A DNA stretch of 64,000 nucleotides from Squalus acanthias. Its lineage: Eukaryota. Each line of letters opens with the position of its first letter. Positions within the stretch are counted from its first letter, which is position 1. Positions 24,050-36,747 of the stretch are shown here, in pieces. Under the pieces are notes generated by a model, which made no database searches, had not been told where the DNA came from, and saw nothing but the letters and a program-made list of their open reading frames with translations. Location of the stretch: contig CM059432.1 in the NCBI GenBank assembly GCA_030390025.1, positions 47,990,001 to 48,054,000 of the forward strand. The letters run 5' to 3'. The position numbers were made by a program, and so were the translations under genes.

Positions 24050-26422
24050 AATTGGAATCGGGGGAAAAACTCTCTACTGGCTGGAGTCATACCTAGCACA
24101 AAGGAAGATGGTTGTGGTGGTTGGAGTCAATCCTCACAGCCACAGGATATCGCTGCTGGAATTCCTCAGAGCAGTGTCCTAGGCCCAACCATCTTCAGCT
24201 GCTTCATCAATGACTTTCCCTCCATCATAAGGTCAGAAGTGGGGATGTTCGCTGAGGACGGCACAGTGTTCAGCGCCATTCGCAACTCCTCAGATAATGA
24301 AGCAGTCCGTGCCCGCATGCAGCAAGACCTAGACGACATTCAGGCTTGGGCTGTTAAGTGGCAGGTAACATTCGCACCACACAGGTGCCAGGCAATGACT
24401 ATCTCCGACAAGCGAGTGTCTAACCACCGCCCCTTGACATTCAACAGCATTACCATCGCCGAATCCCCCACCATCAATATCCTCAGGGTCACTGTGAAGG
24501 AATATGCCATATTCAGAAAAATACACCATCCTATGAAATATTCTGGCATTAAAACATGACAAACTAGGTTTGAAAATCTAAAAACCTAACAATGGAAAAG
24601 CTGTAAATAGCATACAGGCTTTTGAAATAAGATAAGTTGTTGACATTGAAACAATAGCCTCATTGAAACAGGAGGTTGGAGGTTCCGAAAGTCTGAAGCC
24701 TTGGAAATAACACAATAAGTATACCCTGTTAAAGTGTCTTAAACCAACACTTTGAAATGAAATACAGAAAGATAAAGAAACATATGCCTTCGTAAAAATG
24801 ACATCAAATGAAATACGGAGACACGATTATGTGTTGCAACCAACTGAGGTAACTAAGAAGACAATGGTGCATCCGGTCGAGGTGTTCTAAATGCAAAAGA
24901 TACAAACAGAAGACCTTGGTAAGAATGGCATCAAGTGGGGGAGGCACCACCCATCACATTGTTTCTGTGTTGAACTTGGAACACCTAGGAGACACAAGTC
25001 TGCTTGCTACCAGCTTAACTGACTGTAGGAATAGAAGGGGTCAACAGAAAAATGACTAGAGATAATTAACTTACATCAGCAGAAAACTTCAAAGGATATA
25101 CCACTGAGAAAGGGTATAAAAATTGGACTTTCAAATGGGAAGACAGATTCGCTTGAAGGGGCAAAGCAATTCTCAGGCTTCAGAGGCAAGCTCTGTAAGT
25201 CTTCAACTCTTTGTATCTCGGGGATCAAAAAGGTACTTGTATTTGATTTTGGTGGATATCCTGGAATAAGACTAAAAACTGTAACAATGTAACGAAGTTA
25301 AGATTTGAGAATAAGGATCTCTGATAATAAGAATTGTAAGTTTTTGTATTTGGAACTGTTAATGTCGCGATTGAAACACCTACTATAAACTGCATGTCGG
25401 TTCTTTAATAAATCTATATATTTTTAGAATTATCTCACATAGTACTTCTGTATCAAACTCGCAAACTCAATCTCTGTACGCTCTTTGGTGAGGAGTTGCA
25501 GAATTCTGAGGGAGTTTTCCGGACCCTCATAATATCTGGAAGGTTACAATCTAGCTAAACTTATTAAAAGTGCTATCTGGAAGACGGCAACATCTTCAGG
25601 CTGTTCCTTTCCTTTAGGGGGACATAGTCTGGACCTTTAGACCCAATTAAGCATCTATAGGATTCGGCTACCTCTAACTTTAGTTGAAGGTGAACGTCTG
25701 GGGTATACGCCTGATCTGGGGTAGCCCAAAAGGGGCTAGGACTAGTAATAATCCCTTCATCACAATTGACCAGAAACTTAACTGGACCAGCCACATAAAT
25801 ACTGTGGTAACAAGAGCAGGTCAGAGGCTGGGTATACTGCAGCGAGTGTCTCACCTCCTGACTCCCCAAAGCCTTTCCACCATCTACAAGGTACAAGTTA
25901 GGAGTGTGATGGAATACTCTTCACTTGCCTGGATGAGTGCAGCTCCAACAACACTCAAGAAGCTCGACACCATCCAGGACAAAGCAGCCCGTTTGATCGG
26001 CACCCTATCACCACCTTAAACATTCACTCCCTCCACCACCGGTGCACTGTGGCTGCAGTGTGTACCATCTACAAGATGCACTGCAGCATCTCACCTAGTC
26101 TTCTTCGACAGCACCTCCCAAATGCACGACCTCTATCACCGAGAAGGACAAGGGCAGCAGGCGCATGGGAACACCATCACCTGCAAGCTCCCCTCCAAGT
26201 TACACACCATCCTGACTTGGAAATGTATCGCCGTTCCTTCATCGTCGCTGGGTCAAAATCCTGGAACTCCCTACCTAACAGCACTGTGGGAGTACCTTCA
26301 CCACACAGACTGCAGCGGTTCAAGAAGGTGGCTCACCATCACCTTCTCAAGGACAATTAGGGATGGGCAATCAATGTTGGCCTTGCCAGCAACGCCCACA
26401 TCCCAAGAACGAATTTTAAAAA
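24050..26422 (+). mobile_element. LINE family B, 5'-truncated, interrupted by a solo LTR
   Basis: RT C-terminus ...ESPTINILRVT|IDQKLNWTSHIN... is contiguous across the 24493-25759 insert. The 3' tail is at about 26320-26422. Confidence 0.92.
24493..25759 (+). mobile_element. Solo LTR (1267 bp) of an unidentified retrovirus/LTR element
   Basis: TG...CA ends (TGTGAAGG...CCCTTCA), 4-bp TSD TCAC (24489-92, 25760-63), TATAAAA 25115, GTAAGT 25195, AATAAA 25407. Confidence 0.85.
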
Positions 26423-26771
26423 GTTATGCAAATGTGCTTACCCACGAGACTCTTGTGTAACTACCTCTCCAGGCCACTGGTGGCCACAAATCTTTTTCAT
26501 TGGTGTAACAGCAGCGCAACTCACCACAAGGTAATTCACCACCATGATTTTTTTTTGCAGATCAGGGATACTATGGGGGTAGACAGGCCAGATTTTGGGG
26601 CTTGGTCCACTTCTGCCAGATAGCTACCCCATTTGGTATATGTCAAGCTTTCCTCAAGCAATAGGATCAGCTTTATGCATTCACCTCTTTGCTCACAATG
26701 TCAAGGAAAGTGGTGGGATGATTAATGGGTTTCTCATGTCACCTGGTCATGAAGCAAGCATATGTTGTATA

Positions 26772-26903
26772 TGTTCCGACGAAGGGTTTCGACCTGAAAC
26801 GTTAACTCTCTTTCTCTCTCCACGGATGTTGCCTGGCCTGCTGAGTTTTTCCAGCGTTTTCTGTTGTTATTTTGGATTTCCAGCATCCGCAGTATTTTGC
26901 TAT
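26772..26903 (+). mobile_element. Penelope-like terminal repeat with variant hammerhead core
   Basis: gtt-CCGACGA-a-gggtttcgacct-GAAAC-gttaac followed by the common tail; flanked by ATATGTTGTA repeats. Confidence 0.7.
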
Positions 26904-29900
26904 CGTATATGTTGTAAGGATACTGGCTGTTTTTGAAAAGGGCAACTATTTCTTAAAAAGTATCATCTTGATCCAGCCGCACTGCCATTCCGCCCCAGGC
27001 CCCTGGGGACAGCGGATGGAGTGGGACTCATGGGTCAACAGGCTCATTGACTGCAGAAAAAATTATGCCAGCAACAGAATGGATCATACTGGAAGTACTA
27101 CACATAAAATAGGAAACAGTCACAGGTTCATGACTATAAGCAGCAACTTCACTTAGTAATGGGGTCAATGCATTTTTCTATGAGTAATTTCTAGGTCCAT
27201 GTTTGTGCTGGAGCTCGTTGACAGAATGATTGAAAGGAAGAAGTCTCTCAACAAACTAATGAGGATTGATCTTGAAAGCACCATTTTAGACGCTACTTGG
27301 TTGCTGGCTATGTACATTCAGTGACTGTGTGTAGCCAGGGAAACAATGTGAAATTACTGCAGGCAATGTTCAATATTGAGAGGTAGTGCGTAGGTGTAAT
27401 TGGGAGATTTTGTCTGCTTCTAAAGGCAACAATGTTAGGTTTATATCATAGTCTCACTAACTCTTGTTTTCATTCCCTTCTGTCACCACTACTGCCTCTA
27501 GAGAGGCCTTGGCTCCTGAGTTTGTTCTTGATTCTTCCAGTATCAATAGTGCTGCCATTCATACTACAACACTGCTGCCAAAGTCAGCAGCAGCACTACA
27601 ATACAGAAAGACTATCAGTCACACTAATTAAATAGGGTTGGGGCAGCAGTTTCTGGTCATTGACCCGCTTAATTTACATTATTTTTTTTTTTTTACATTC
27701 CACTGGATTCCTTAACTTACCATCAGTGCCAAACTCGGGACACATTTTGGAATTTTTTTAACAAAGGTAACTGACCATCTGTTGGCGGCTGCAGAGGCCG
27801 CTGAAGAATCTGGCTTTTGATACGTTTATCACTATCCAATTTCCCAGTGTTAGGCCCCTTATTTACATATCTAAGGGGTCTAATGCCTGTCTTAAACTGA
27901 TACAAGTTATGCCTGAAAAATGGCCCGACCCAACACTGGATCAGAAGTCTTTCAGATGTCTTTAGTGGGCAGGATACTAGTCCCCGAAATTGGACCTTAT
28001 TGCCCATTTTATGCTCATAAAATGGATGCAACACAGCTAATTGCAATCCCAAAGCTTCCAAAAAGAACTGACTGAAGACAATACTGTTGGCACAATTTAG
28101 ACATTTTCAGATTTCTGTGTGACATTTTAGCTAAAATGAGACTCTGCTGGTTGTTAACTGCTTTCAATTCAGCTCAGAGAAGTATTGTATTTGCAGCACC
28201 CGTCCCTCTCCCAACCCGCATGGGCACTGGGGGCTCGGCTACAGATATCCATGGAGATGTCATTCATAAGTATAAATCTGCAGATTAGACAGCAACGCAC
28301 TATAGCACGGATTGTCTGCTTTTGTGGAAACCTGGCTAATGTTGGTTGTGCCATGGGATCCATCCACCACAATGGTGCATCTCTGAACTCAGCTGATTAA
28401 CCAGGGTCAGGGCACTTTGCAGATTTTAGTTGTCCTCACCAGCCTCCCTTAAGTTGTCCACCAGAGAGCTGTTGGAGAATGGCTGCCACAGACCTGGGTC
28501 ACCTACTGCAGTATTATATTTTGCACCCAGCGGCCTTGGGGCTGGGCGCAAAGAGTTTTATATTTATTTTTAAAAAGTATCCTAGCATATGCAATCAATT
28601 GCCCTGTGGTTGGTTGCATAGGCTTTTGAGGTCGTTGAAAATGTAAGCAGCACCCTCTGCCGCCATTGCAATGCTAGATGGCCAGAACATGTCAAACACC
28701 CAAAAATGCTGTGATGTAAATGATGAAAAATACATTGGATGCTGAATTTCCATGACCTACATAGCATTACAATATGCCCACCCATATGTGGGCGGACATA
28801 TTGTATGTTCCCGGTCATTTCTGCCAGAACTTTCCAGAAGTAGCAAGGGACAGGAGGCAGGCCTGAAGGAGCAACACCTGAAGACATTATCCTTCCCAAT
28901 GTACTCGACTGTAGCGGAAATTCTAGCCTATTTAACTTTCACTGGTACATTAATTGGTTAAAACCCATCTCCTTGACCTATCTTTAGGTCACTCCCCCTA
29001 ATCTCTCTCTTCCTGGCTTGGTGTCAATCTGTGAACCATCTTGGGACATTAAAAGCACCAGATAAATGCAAGTTGTTATTGTTTTCAGAGTGCAAAATAA
29101 CAAATGGGTATTGAGATTCATAGTCCTTTTCCAGCGTCCTAGTAACTGTATTTTGGAAGTACATTACTATGGGCACTTCAAGCTCCATGAGCCCTGCTTT
29201 GCACAGTATCTTGGACATATGGCAGTGGAGAATGAACTCTGTGAATTGAACTAAATAACCAGTGAAAGCTTGTCACATTTATTCCCACGTTCAGGAAGTT
29301 TCTGGCTGCAGAACAATCAATCAGAATCAGAACAAAGACACAATGGTAGCACACCATGTTAATGAGCAACTGCATTCAGAGTCTGCTTTACACAGGAAAT
29401 GCTAATGCTGACACATACAAATATGGTGCTTCTTATTTTGTCAATGACCACATCATGCAATTTAGCTTGCTTTCTTACAGACAAGCTGACCCAGTTCTCA
29501 GCTGGAGATTCGAGAGAAAAGACAGCATTCATTTTAACACTAGCCACGTCCCTATATAGATAATCAAAGAATAAAGGAAGGAATATATAATGTTATAGAA
29601 CCATAGCACAGAAGGAGGCCAATGGGCTAATTATGTCTGTGTTGGCTCTTTGCTAAAGCAATCCAAAACTAGTGCCCTACTTTTTCCCCAAAGTCTTGTA
29701 TCTTTCTCTGCTTCAAATATTTACCCAATTTTTCCTTAAAAGAAGCAATGGTTTCTGCCTTAATACTGTGGCAAATCATTCCATGCTTCAACAACCCGCT
29801 GTGTGAAGAAATATTTCTTAACCTCTCTCCTCAGTGATAATTTTAAATTGATGACCCCTCAACATTGACTCCCCAACTAGGAGGAAATAGTCTTTCACTC

Positions 29901-30524
29901 CTCATTCCATCAAAACGCTTAATAATTAAAAAAATGTCCCAGTATGTCAAGTTTTTTCTCATAACTCTTGTGAATCTACGACGTCTTCTATGGCTTTCAT
30001 GTTCTTTCTACTAAATGTTGGTTGGCCCACTGATTGCACTCTCACCTCTGAGTTAGAGAGTTGAGTTTAAACCTGATAGGCTGATACATCAGTACAGTGC
30101 TGTGGGAGTGCTACAACCAATGCCCAATCTGAATGTTTAGGTGGGTGTAAAAGATCCTATGACAACATTTGAAGAAGAACAAGAGAATTCTCTTTGTGCC
30201 CTGGCCAATATTTATTCCTTAAACAATATCTCCAAAAACAAATTAACCAGTCATTTATCTCCTCACCATTTGTGAATGTTGCTGTGCGGAAATTTGTTTC
30301 TGCATTAGCCTACAAAATTACACTTCAAATGCAATTTATTGGCTATGAAGCACTTTGGGAAGTCCTTAGAATGTGAAAGGCACAATATAAATGCATGTTC
30401 TTTCTTTCTTATAATGGGGCACCCAAAACTGCACATAGTGAACAAATATTTTTTATAAATTCATCATTACTCTTTACTCTTCTACTGAATGCCCTGATTT
30501 ATAAAACCCCAAATCCTATTAGAC

Positions 30525-30825
30525 AATTTATTTGTTTTTGGGATGTGGGCAATGTGGGCAAGGCGATATTAATTGCCTATCCCTAGTTGCCCTGAGAAAA
30601 TGGTGATGGATCTCCTCCTTAAACCGTTGCATTCCTCGTGGTGATGGTGTTCCCACAATTGTGTTAAGTAGGGAATTCCAGGATAGTGACCCAGTTATGT
30701 TAAAGAAACAGCAATGGGTGATGTGAAAGTTGAAGGTGCTTTTGTCCTTTTCTGTGGTAGAGGTTACAGGGGAGGGAAGTGCTATCGAAGTAACCTTGGT
30801 GATTTGCTGCAGTGCGTCCTGTATA
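30525..30825 (-). mobile_element. Degenerate LINE-B 3' end
   Basis: SWNSLLNTIVGTPSPRGMQRFKEEIHHHFLR; matches the LINE-B C-terminus and tail. Confidence 0.7.
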
Positions 30826-30826
30826 T

Positions 30827-33780
30827 CATAAGAACATAAGAAATAGGAGCAGGAGTAGGCCATTCGGCCCCTCTGCCTGCCCCACCATTTAATAAGATCA
30901 TGGCTGATCTTCTACCTCAACTCCACTTTCCTGCACTATCCCCATATCCCTTGATTCCCTTAATATCCAAAAATCTATCGATCTTTGTCTTGAATATACT
31001 CAACGACTGAGCCTCCACAGCTTCACCACCCTCTGAGTAAAGAAATTTCTCCTCATCTCAGTCCTAAATGGCCGACCACTTATTCTGAGACTGTGACCCC
31101 TGGTTCTAGACTCCCCAGCCAGGGGAAACATCCTCCCTGTATCTACCCTGTCAAGCCCTGTAAGAATTGTGTATGTTTCAATGAGATCATCTCTCATTCT
31201 TCTAAACTCTAGAGAATATAGGCCTAGTCTACTCAATCTCTCCTCATAGGACAATTCCCCTATTCCAGGAACCAGTCTGGTGAACCTTCGTTGCACTCCC
31301 TCTATGTCAAGTATATCCTTCCTTAGGTAAGGAGACCAAAACTGTACACAATACTCCAGGTGTGGTCTCACCAGGGCCCTATATAATTGCAGTAAGACAT
31401 CTTTACTCTTATACTCAAATTCTCTTGTAATAAAGGCCAACATACCATTTGCTTTCCTAATTGCTTGCTGTACCTGCATGTTAACTTTCAGTGATTCATG
31501 TACAAGGACATCAAGGTCCCTCTGAACAGCAACATTTCCCAATCTCTCACCATTTAAAAAATACTCTGCTTTTCTATTTTTCCTACCAAAGTGGATAACT
31601 TCACATTTCTCCACATTATATTCCATTTGCCATGTTCTTGCCCACTCACTTAGCCTGTCTAAATCCCCTTGAAGACTCTTTGCATCCTCCTCACAACTTA
31701 CATTCTCACCTAGCTTTGTATCATCAGCAAACTTAAATATATTACATTTGGTCCCATTATCCAAATCATTGATATAGATTGTGAATAGCTGAGGCCCAAG
31801 CACTGATCCTTGCGGTACCCCATTAGTTACAGTCTGCCAACCCGAAAATGACCTGTTTATTCCTACTCTCCGTTTTCTGTCTGTTAACCAATCCTCAATC
31901 CATGCTAGTATATTACCCCCAATCCCATGAGCCCTAATTTTGTTTAATAACCTCTTGTGTGGCACCTTATCGAATGCCTTCCTGAAATCCAAATACACCA
32001 CATCCACTGGTTCCCCCTTATCTATTCTGCTAGTTACCTCAAAAACTCTTAACAGATTTGTCAAACATGATTACCTTTTCATAAATCCGTGTTGACTCTG
32101 CCCAATCCTATTATTTTTTTCTAAGTGCCCTGTTATAACGCCCTTAATAATAGATTCTTGCATTTTCCCTACTACTGATGTCAGGCTAACTGGTCTGTAG
32201 TTCCCCGTTTTCTATCTCCCTCCTTTCTTAAATAGTGGGGTTACATTTGCTATTTTCCAATCCGTGGGAACCGTTCTAGAATCTATGGAATTTTGGAAGT
32301 TGACAACCAAAACATCCACTATCTCGATAGTCACCTCTTTTAAACCCTAGGATGTAGGCCATCAGGTCCAGGGGTTTTATTGGCTTTCAGTCGCATTAAT
32401 TTCTCCAGTACTATTTTTAAACTAATACCAATTTCTTTCAGTTCCTCATTCTCGCTAGACCCTTGGTTCTCCAGTATTTCCAGGAAATTTTTCATATCTT
32501 CTTCCGTGAAGACAGACACAAAATATTTGTTTAATTTCTCTGCCATTTCCTTATTCATTTTACATACCTGTAGAAGCTTTTACAGTCTGTTTTTATGTCT
32601 CTTGCTAGTTTACTCTCCTTTTCTTCTTCTTCTTCTTCTTAGGCAGTCCCTCGGAACTGAGGATGACTTGCTTCCACATTAAAAATGAGTTCTCAGGTGA
32701 CTGATGAGTCCAATGCGGGAATTACAGTTTCTGTCACAGGTGGGGCAGATGGTGGTTGAAGGGGCGGGTGGGTGGGGTGCTTGGGTTGATGTACGCTCCT
32801 TGCGCTTGGCTTCCGCTTGCTCCCGGCGAAGAGACTCGAGGCGTTTCCTCTGCCCACCTGGGGCGCTCTTGCCGTGTCGGAGCTCCGAGTAGAGTGCTTG
32901 TTTTGGGAGTCTCGCATCGGGCATGCGGACGATGTGACCCGTCCATCGAAGCTGATCGAGCGTGGTCAAAGCTTCGATGCTGGGGATGTTGGCCTGAGCG
33001 AGAACACTGACATTGGTGCACCTATCCTGCCAATGGATTTGCAGGATCTTGCGGAGGCAGCGTTGGTGGTACCTCTCTAGTGCTTTGAGTTGCCTGCTGT
33101 ACATGGTCCATGTTTCTGAGGCATACAGCAGGGCTTTTCTCCTTTTCTAGTTTCCCTTTCTTTATCAATTTCTTGGTCCTCCTTTGCTGAATTCTAAAGT
33201 CCTCCCAATCCTCAGGCTTACTACACTTTTTGGCAACAATATAATCCTCTTCCTTTGATCTAATACTATCTTTAACTTCTCTTGTTAGCCACGGTTGGAC
33301 CACTTTTCCTGTGGGGTTTTTGTGCCTTAAAGGAATATATATTTGTTGTAAATTATGTATTAATTCTTTAAATGCTAGCCATTGCTTGTCCACCGTCATA
33401 CCTTTCAATGTAGTTTCCCAATCTAGCTTAGCTAACTCGCCCCTCATGCCTACGCAGTTTGCTTTGTTTAGATTTAAGACCCTAGTTTCGGATTTAACTA
33501 AATCACTTTCAAACTCAATATAAAATTCTATCATATTATGGTCACTCTTCCCTAAAGGCCCCTTTACTACAAGGTTATTAATTAACTCTTTCTCATTGCA
33601 CAATACTAGATCTAAAATAGCCTGTTCCCTAGTTGGTTCCTCAACATACTGATCTAGAAAGCTATCTTGTATACATTGCATGAATTCGTCCTCCACACTA
33701 TTACTGCAAATTTGGTTTGCCCAGTCTATATGTAGATTAAAGTCCCCCATGATTACTGTATTACCCTTGTTACATGGAAC
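30827..33780 (-). mobile_element. CR1 LINE, long fragment (endonuclease C-terminus through RT and 3' tail), with an RTE insert
   Basis: 354-aa RT ORF 31000-32064 (KAFDKVPH, PQGSVLGP, FADD). Endonuclease motifs IMGDFN, ILDLVL, GKSDHN in 33022-33882. (CATAAGAA) tail at 30827. Confidence 0.95.
32625..33137 (-). mobile_element. RTE LINE 3' fragment
   Basis: TSD TCTCCTTTTCT (32614-24, 33138-48), (AAG)n tail, CPTCDRNCNSRIGLISHLRTH. Same family as 10686-11699, with an internal deletion. Confidence 0.93.
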
Positions 33781-33917
33781 CAATTCCTTTGTGTATAAAT
33801 ATAGATTAAAACAAAACTGAAACTTAAAAGGGAGGCATAATATAAAGTTAGGACTAAAAATACTAAAGATAGTCATAAACAATATAGAAAGTGTTATGGG
33901 GAGGTGAAAAGGAAATT

Positions 33918-34478
33918 ATAGAGTCATAGAGTCATAGCGTTATACAGCACAGAAAGAGGCCCTTCGGCCCATCGTGTCCGCGTCGGCCATCAAGCCCTGT
34001 CTACTTTAATCCCATTTCCCAGCACTTGGTCCATAGCCTTGTATGCTATGGCGTTTCAAGTGCTCCTTGAATGTTGTGAGGGTTCCTGCCCCTACCACCC
34101 TTTCAGGCAGTGAGTTCCAGATTCCAACCACCCTCTGGGTGAAAAAGTTTTTCCTCAAATCCCCTCTAAACCTCCTGCCTCTTACCTTGAAACTATGCCC
34201 CCTGGTTACTGACCACTCTACTAAGGGGAAAAGTTCCTTTCTATCTACCCTATCTATGCCCCATATAATTTTGTACACCTCAATCAGGTCCCCCCTCAGC
34301 CTTCTCTGCTCTAAGGAAAACAACCCCAGCCTGTCCAGTCTCTCTTCATAGCTGAAGCGCTGCAGCCCAGGTAACATCCTGGTGAATCTCCTCTGCACCC
34401 TCTCCAATGCAATCACATCCTTCCTATAGTGTGGCGACCAGAACTGCACACAGTATTCCAGCTGTGGCCTAACTAGCG
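33918..34478 (-). mobile_element. CR1 3' fragment inside an older (+) CR1 remnant
   Basis: LVRPQLEYCVQFWSPHYRKD...GYGPSAGKWD and a (CATAGAGT) tail. Confidence 0.9.
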
Positions 34479-35004
34479 TTAGAAGGGCTAAATGGGAATA
34501 TGAAAAAAGATCAGCAGAGAATATAAAAGGAAATAGTAAGGATCTTTGTGAAAGTATAAATATTAAAAGAATCATTAAAGATAGGACTACACAGAGCTGA
34601 AGGAGAAAGTCTAATTGTAGAGGATGAAGGCATGGCAGGGATACCAAATAAATAGTTTGCATTGTTTTTCACAGATGTTGGTGGAGTCACCATAGCCAAT
34701 TTACTCTTTCCTCACACCATGAATTTCCTCAGGTGTCTAAATGTGTCCTTCTTTTTCCTATTCCAGTGGGACTCCTACAGGGGACCAATATCATGAGAGG
34801 TGATTGGCTGCTCTCATGCTACAAAAGGCTAATGGAGATGGCCCTCCTCTCAAGCTGCTTAAGATTCAAAACAAGACTGATCTTTGATCTATCACATCAA
34901 CATCAACTAGATTAGGTGTAGCATGGTTACATGCAGAATAAAGAATGCACCAACCTCAGAGTAGCACCATGTAATGCACCAGTATGGCATTTCCATTATT
35001 TAGG

Positions 35005-35463
35005 TATCAGCCATGGCTCAGTGGTAGCACTTCTTGCCTCTGAGTCAGAAGGTTATGGGTTCAAGTCCCACTCCAGAGATTTGAGCATAAAATCTAGGCC
35101 AACACTCCAGTGTAGTACTGAAGAGGAGTGCTGCACTGTTGGAGGTGCCATCTTTCGGATGAGATGTTAAACCAAGTCTGCCCTCTCAGGTGGATGTAAA
35201 AGATCCTGTGGCCCTATTTCGAAGAAGAGCAGGGAAGTTCTCCCTGGTTTTCCGAGCAACATTTATCCCTCAATAAACACCTAAAAAAGATGATCTGGTC
35301 ATCATCACATTGTTGTATGTAGGACCTTGTTGTGTTCAAATTGGCTGCTGCTTTTCCTACATTACAATAGTGACTGCACTTCAAACAGTACCTTATTTGG
35401 CTGTAAAGTGCTTTGGGATGTCCTGATGTCATGAAAGGCTCTATATAAATGGCTTTCTTTCTT
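35005..35463 (+). mobile_element. DeuSINE/SacSINE1-like SINE, full length
   Basis: tRNA-like head (TGGCTCAGTGG box A, GGTTCAAGTCC box B). Core gagtgctgcactgttggaggtgccatctttcggatgag...gaagaagagcaggg. L2-like tail ggctctatataaatg. Partial copies at about 30020-30410, 46172-46450(-), 48708-48930 and 53515-53735. Confidence 0.82.
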
Positions 35464-36747
35464 TTCCCACTTCTCACATCAACAAACAACAATAGCAACA
35501 ACAACTTGCATTTCTATAGCGCCTTTAACATAGTAAAGCTTCCCAAGGCGCTTCCCAGGAGCATTATCAAACAAAATTTATCAAACCATTCTTTTTGCCA
35601 ATTGCTGCCATGTTAGGAGCACTATTATGCCTTGTACTCATGCCCACTAGAAATAGGGTTAGAACTTACATTTTTAAAACTACTTACATCTGTGATCTCT
35701 GTGATTCTACAGATTTTTTTCATTTTTACATTATGACATCGTGCACTAATATTTAAACATATTCATATCACACAAAGTTTTTAAATAGTTAAGAACACTT
35801 AGGGCTAATAGGAACACCAAGTTCACATGAAACTCAAGTATGTGTGTTTACAGCTATATCCTGTTTTTTAAGCTTCATTTTGATAAAGGGCCAAACAAAA
35901 TGATCACAACAGGCATGAAGGACCCAATGAAATTGCTGCCTATTTGGTTTGTAGTATATTCTAAACATACATGAGGCCTATAAATTACTGTTAGCTAATG
36001 AAAAATGTACTACATCCATTACTAAATAATCCATAATTTGAGATAAAATTAGTGAATATTTAGAAAGATTTAGTTAATCAAGTTTTTTGCAGAAGTGACT
36101 GAATGATAGAAAAAGGAAATGCAGTAAATATATTGTATATGGATTTTCAGAAAATTTTTGATAAGGTGTCTCAAAAGAGGCTTATTAGAAAAATTCAGGC
36201 ATATGGATTAAGAGGAAATGTAACAGCATAGATAGAATGTTGGCCAACTGAGAGGAACGTTTGACCCTAGCCCTCTCTTCACCTTGTGACTGCTGTTCTG
36301 GTACCACCTGTGTTCAGTCCTTCTCATTGGTGTTGAGTGCTTCACTCGGTAATTCCTACTGACTCTCTCTATCTGTCACCTACTCACCCCACCCGTCCTT
36401 GAGGTGGATGTGTCCAGGCTAACGTCTGTGTGCTGAGGATTACTTTATGGGTGCAGAGAGAGAATTTAGAGGCACGTAGCAAGTGGAAGTTGCTGTTGAG
36501 GAATTTCAAACTGGTGCCTAGGTGCACAGACCCTCTATTGTGTGGGCAAGGGATTGATACCCCATTAAGCCTGCCCTCAGACGGGAAATCAATAAGCAAA
36601 AGACTTTAAGGAGATCTTTTGAGACTGCATGAACACTCTTCAAGGACTGTTGAAGAATGTGTAGTGGCGTGGCTCCAACCTCTTAACAGGGCCATCTTAT
36701 GACTCAGCACCCAAAGGTATAACAGCCCTCCATTCCTTAAGGTATAG

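Noticed and set aside
28582..29559. Cluster of 60-105 aa ORFs in unique sequence
   Set aside because: No recognisable domains or consistent exon phases; within random expectation.
35010..35085. tRNA gene
   Set aside because: Box A/B head runs straight into a SINE body, and it is repeated with decay elsewhere.
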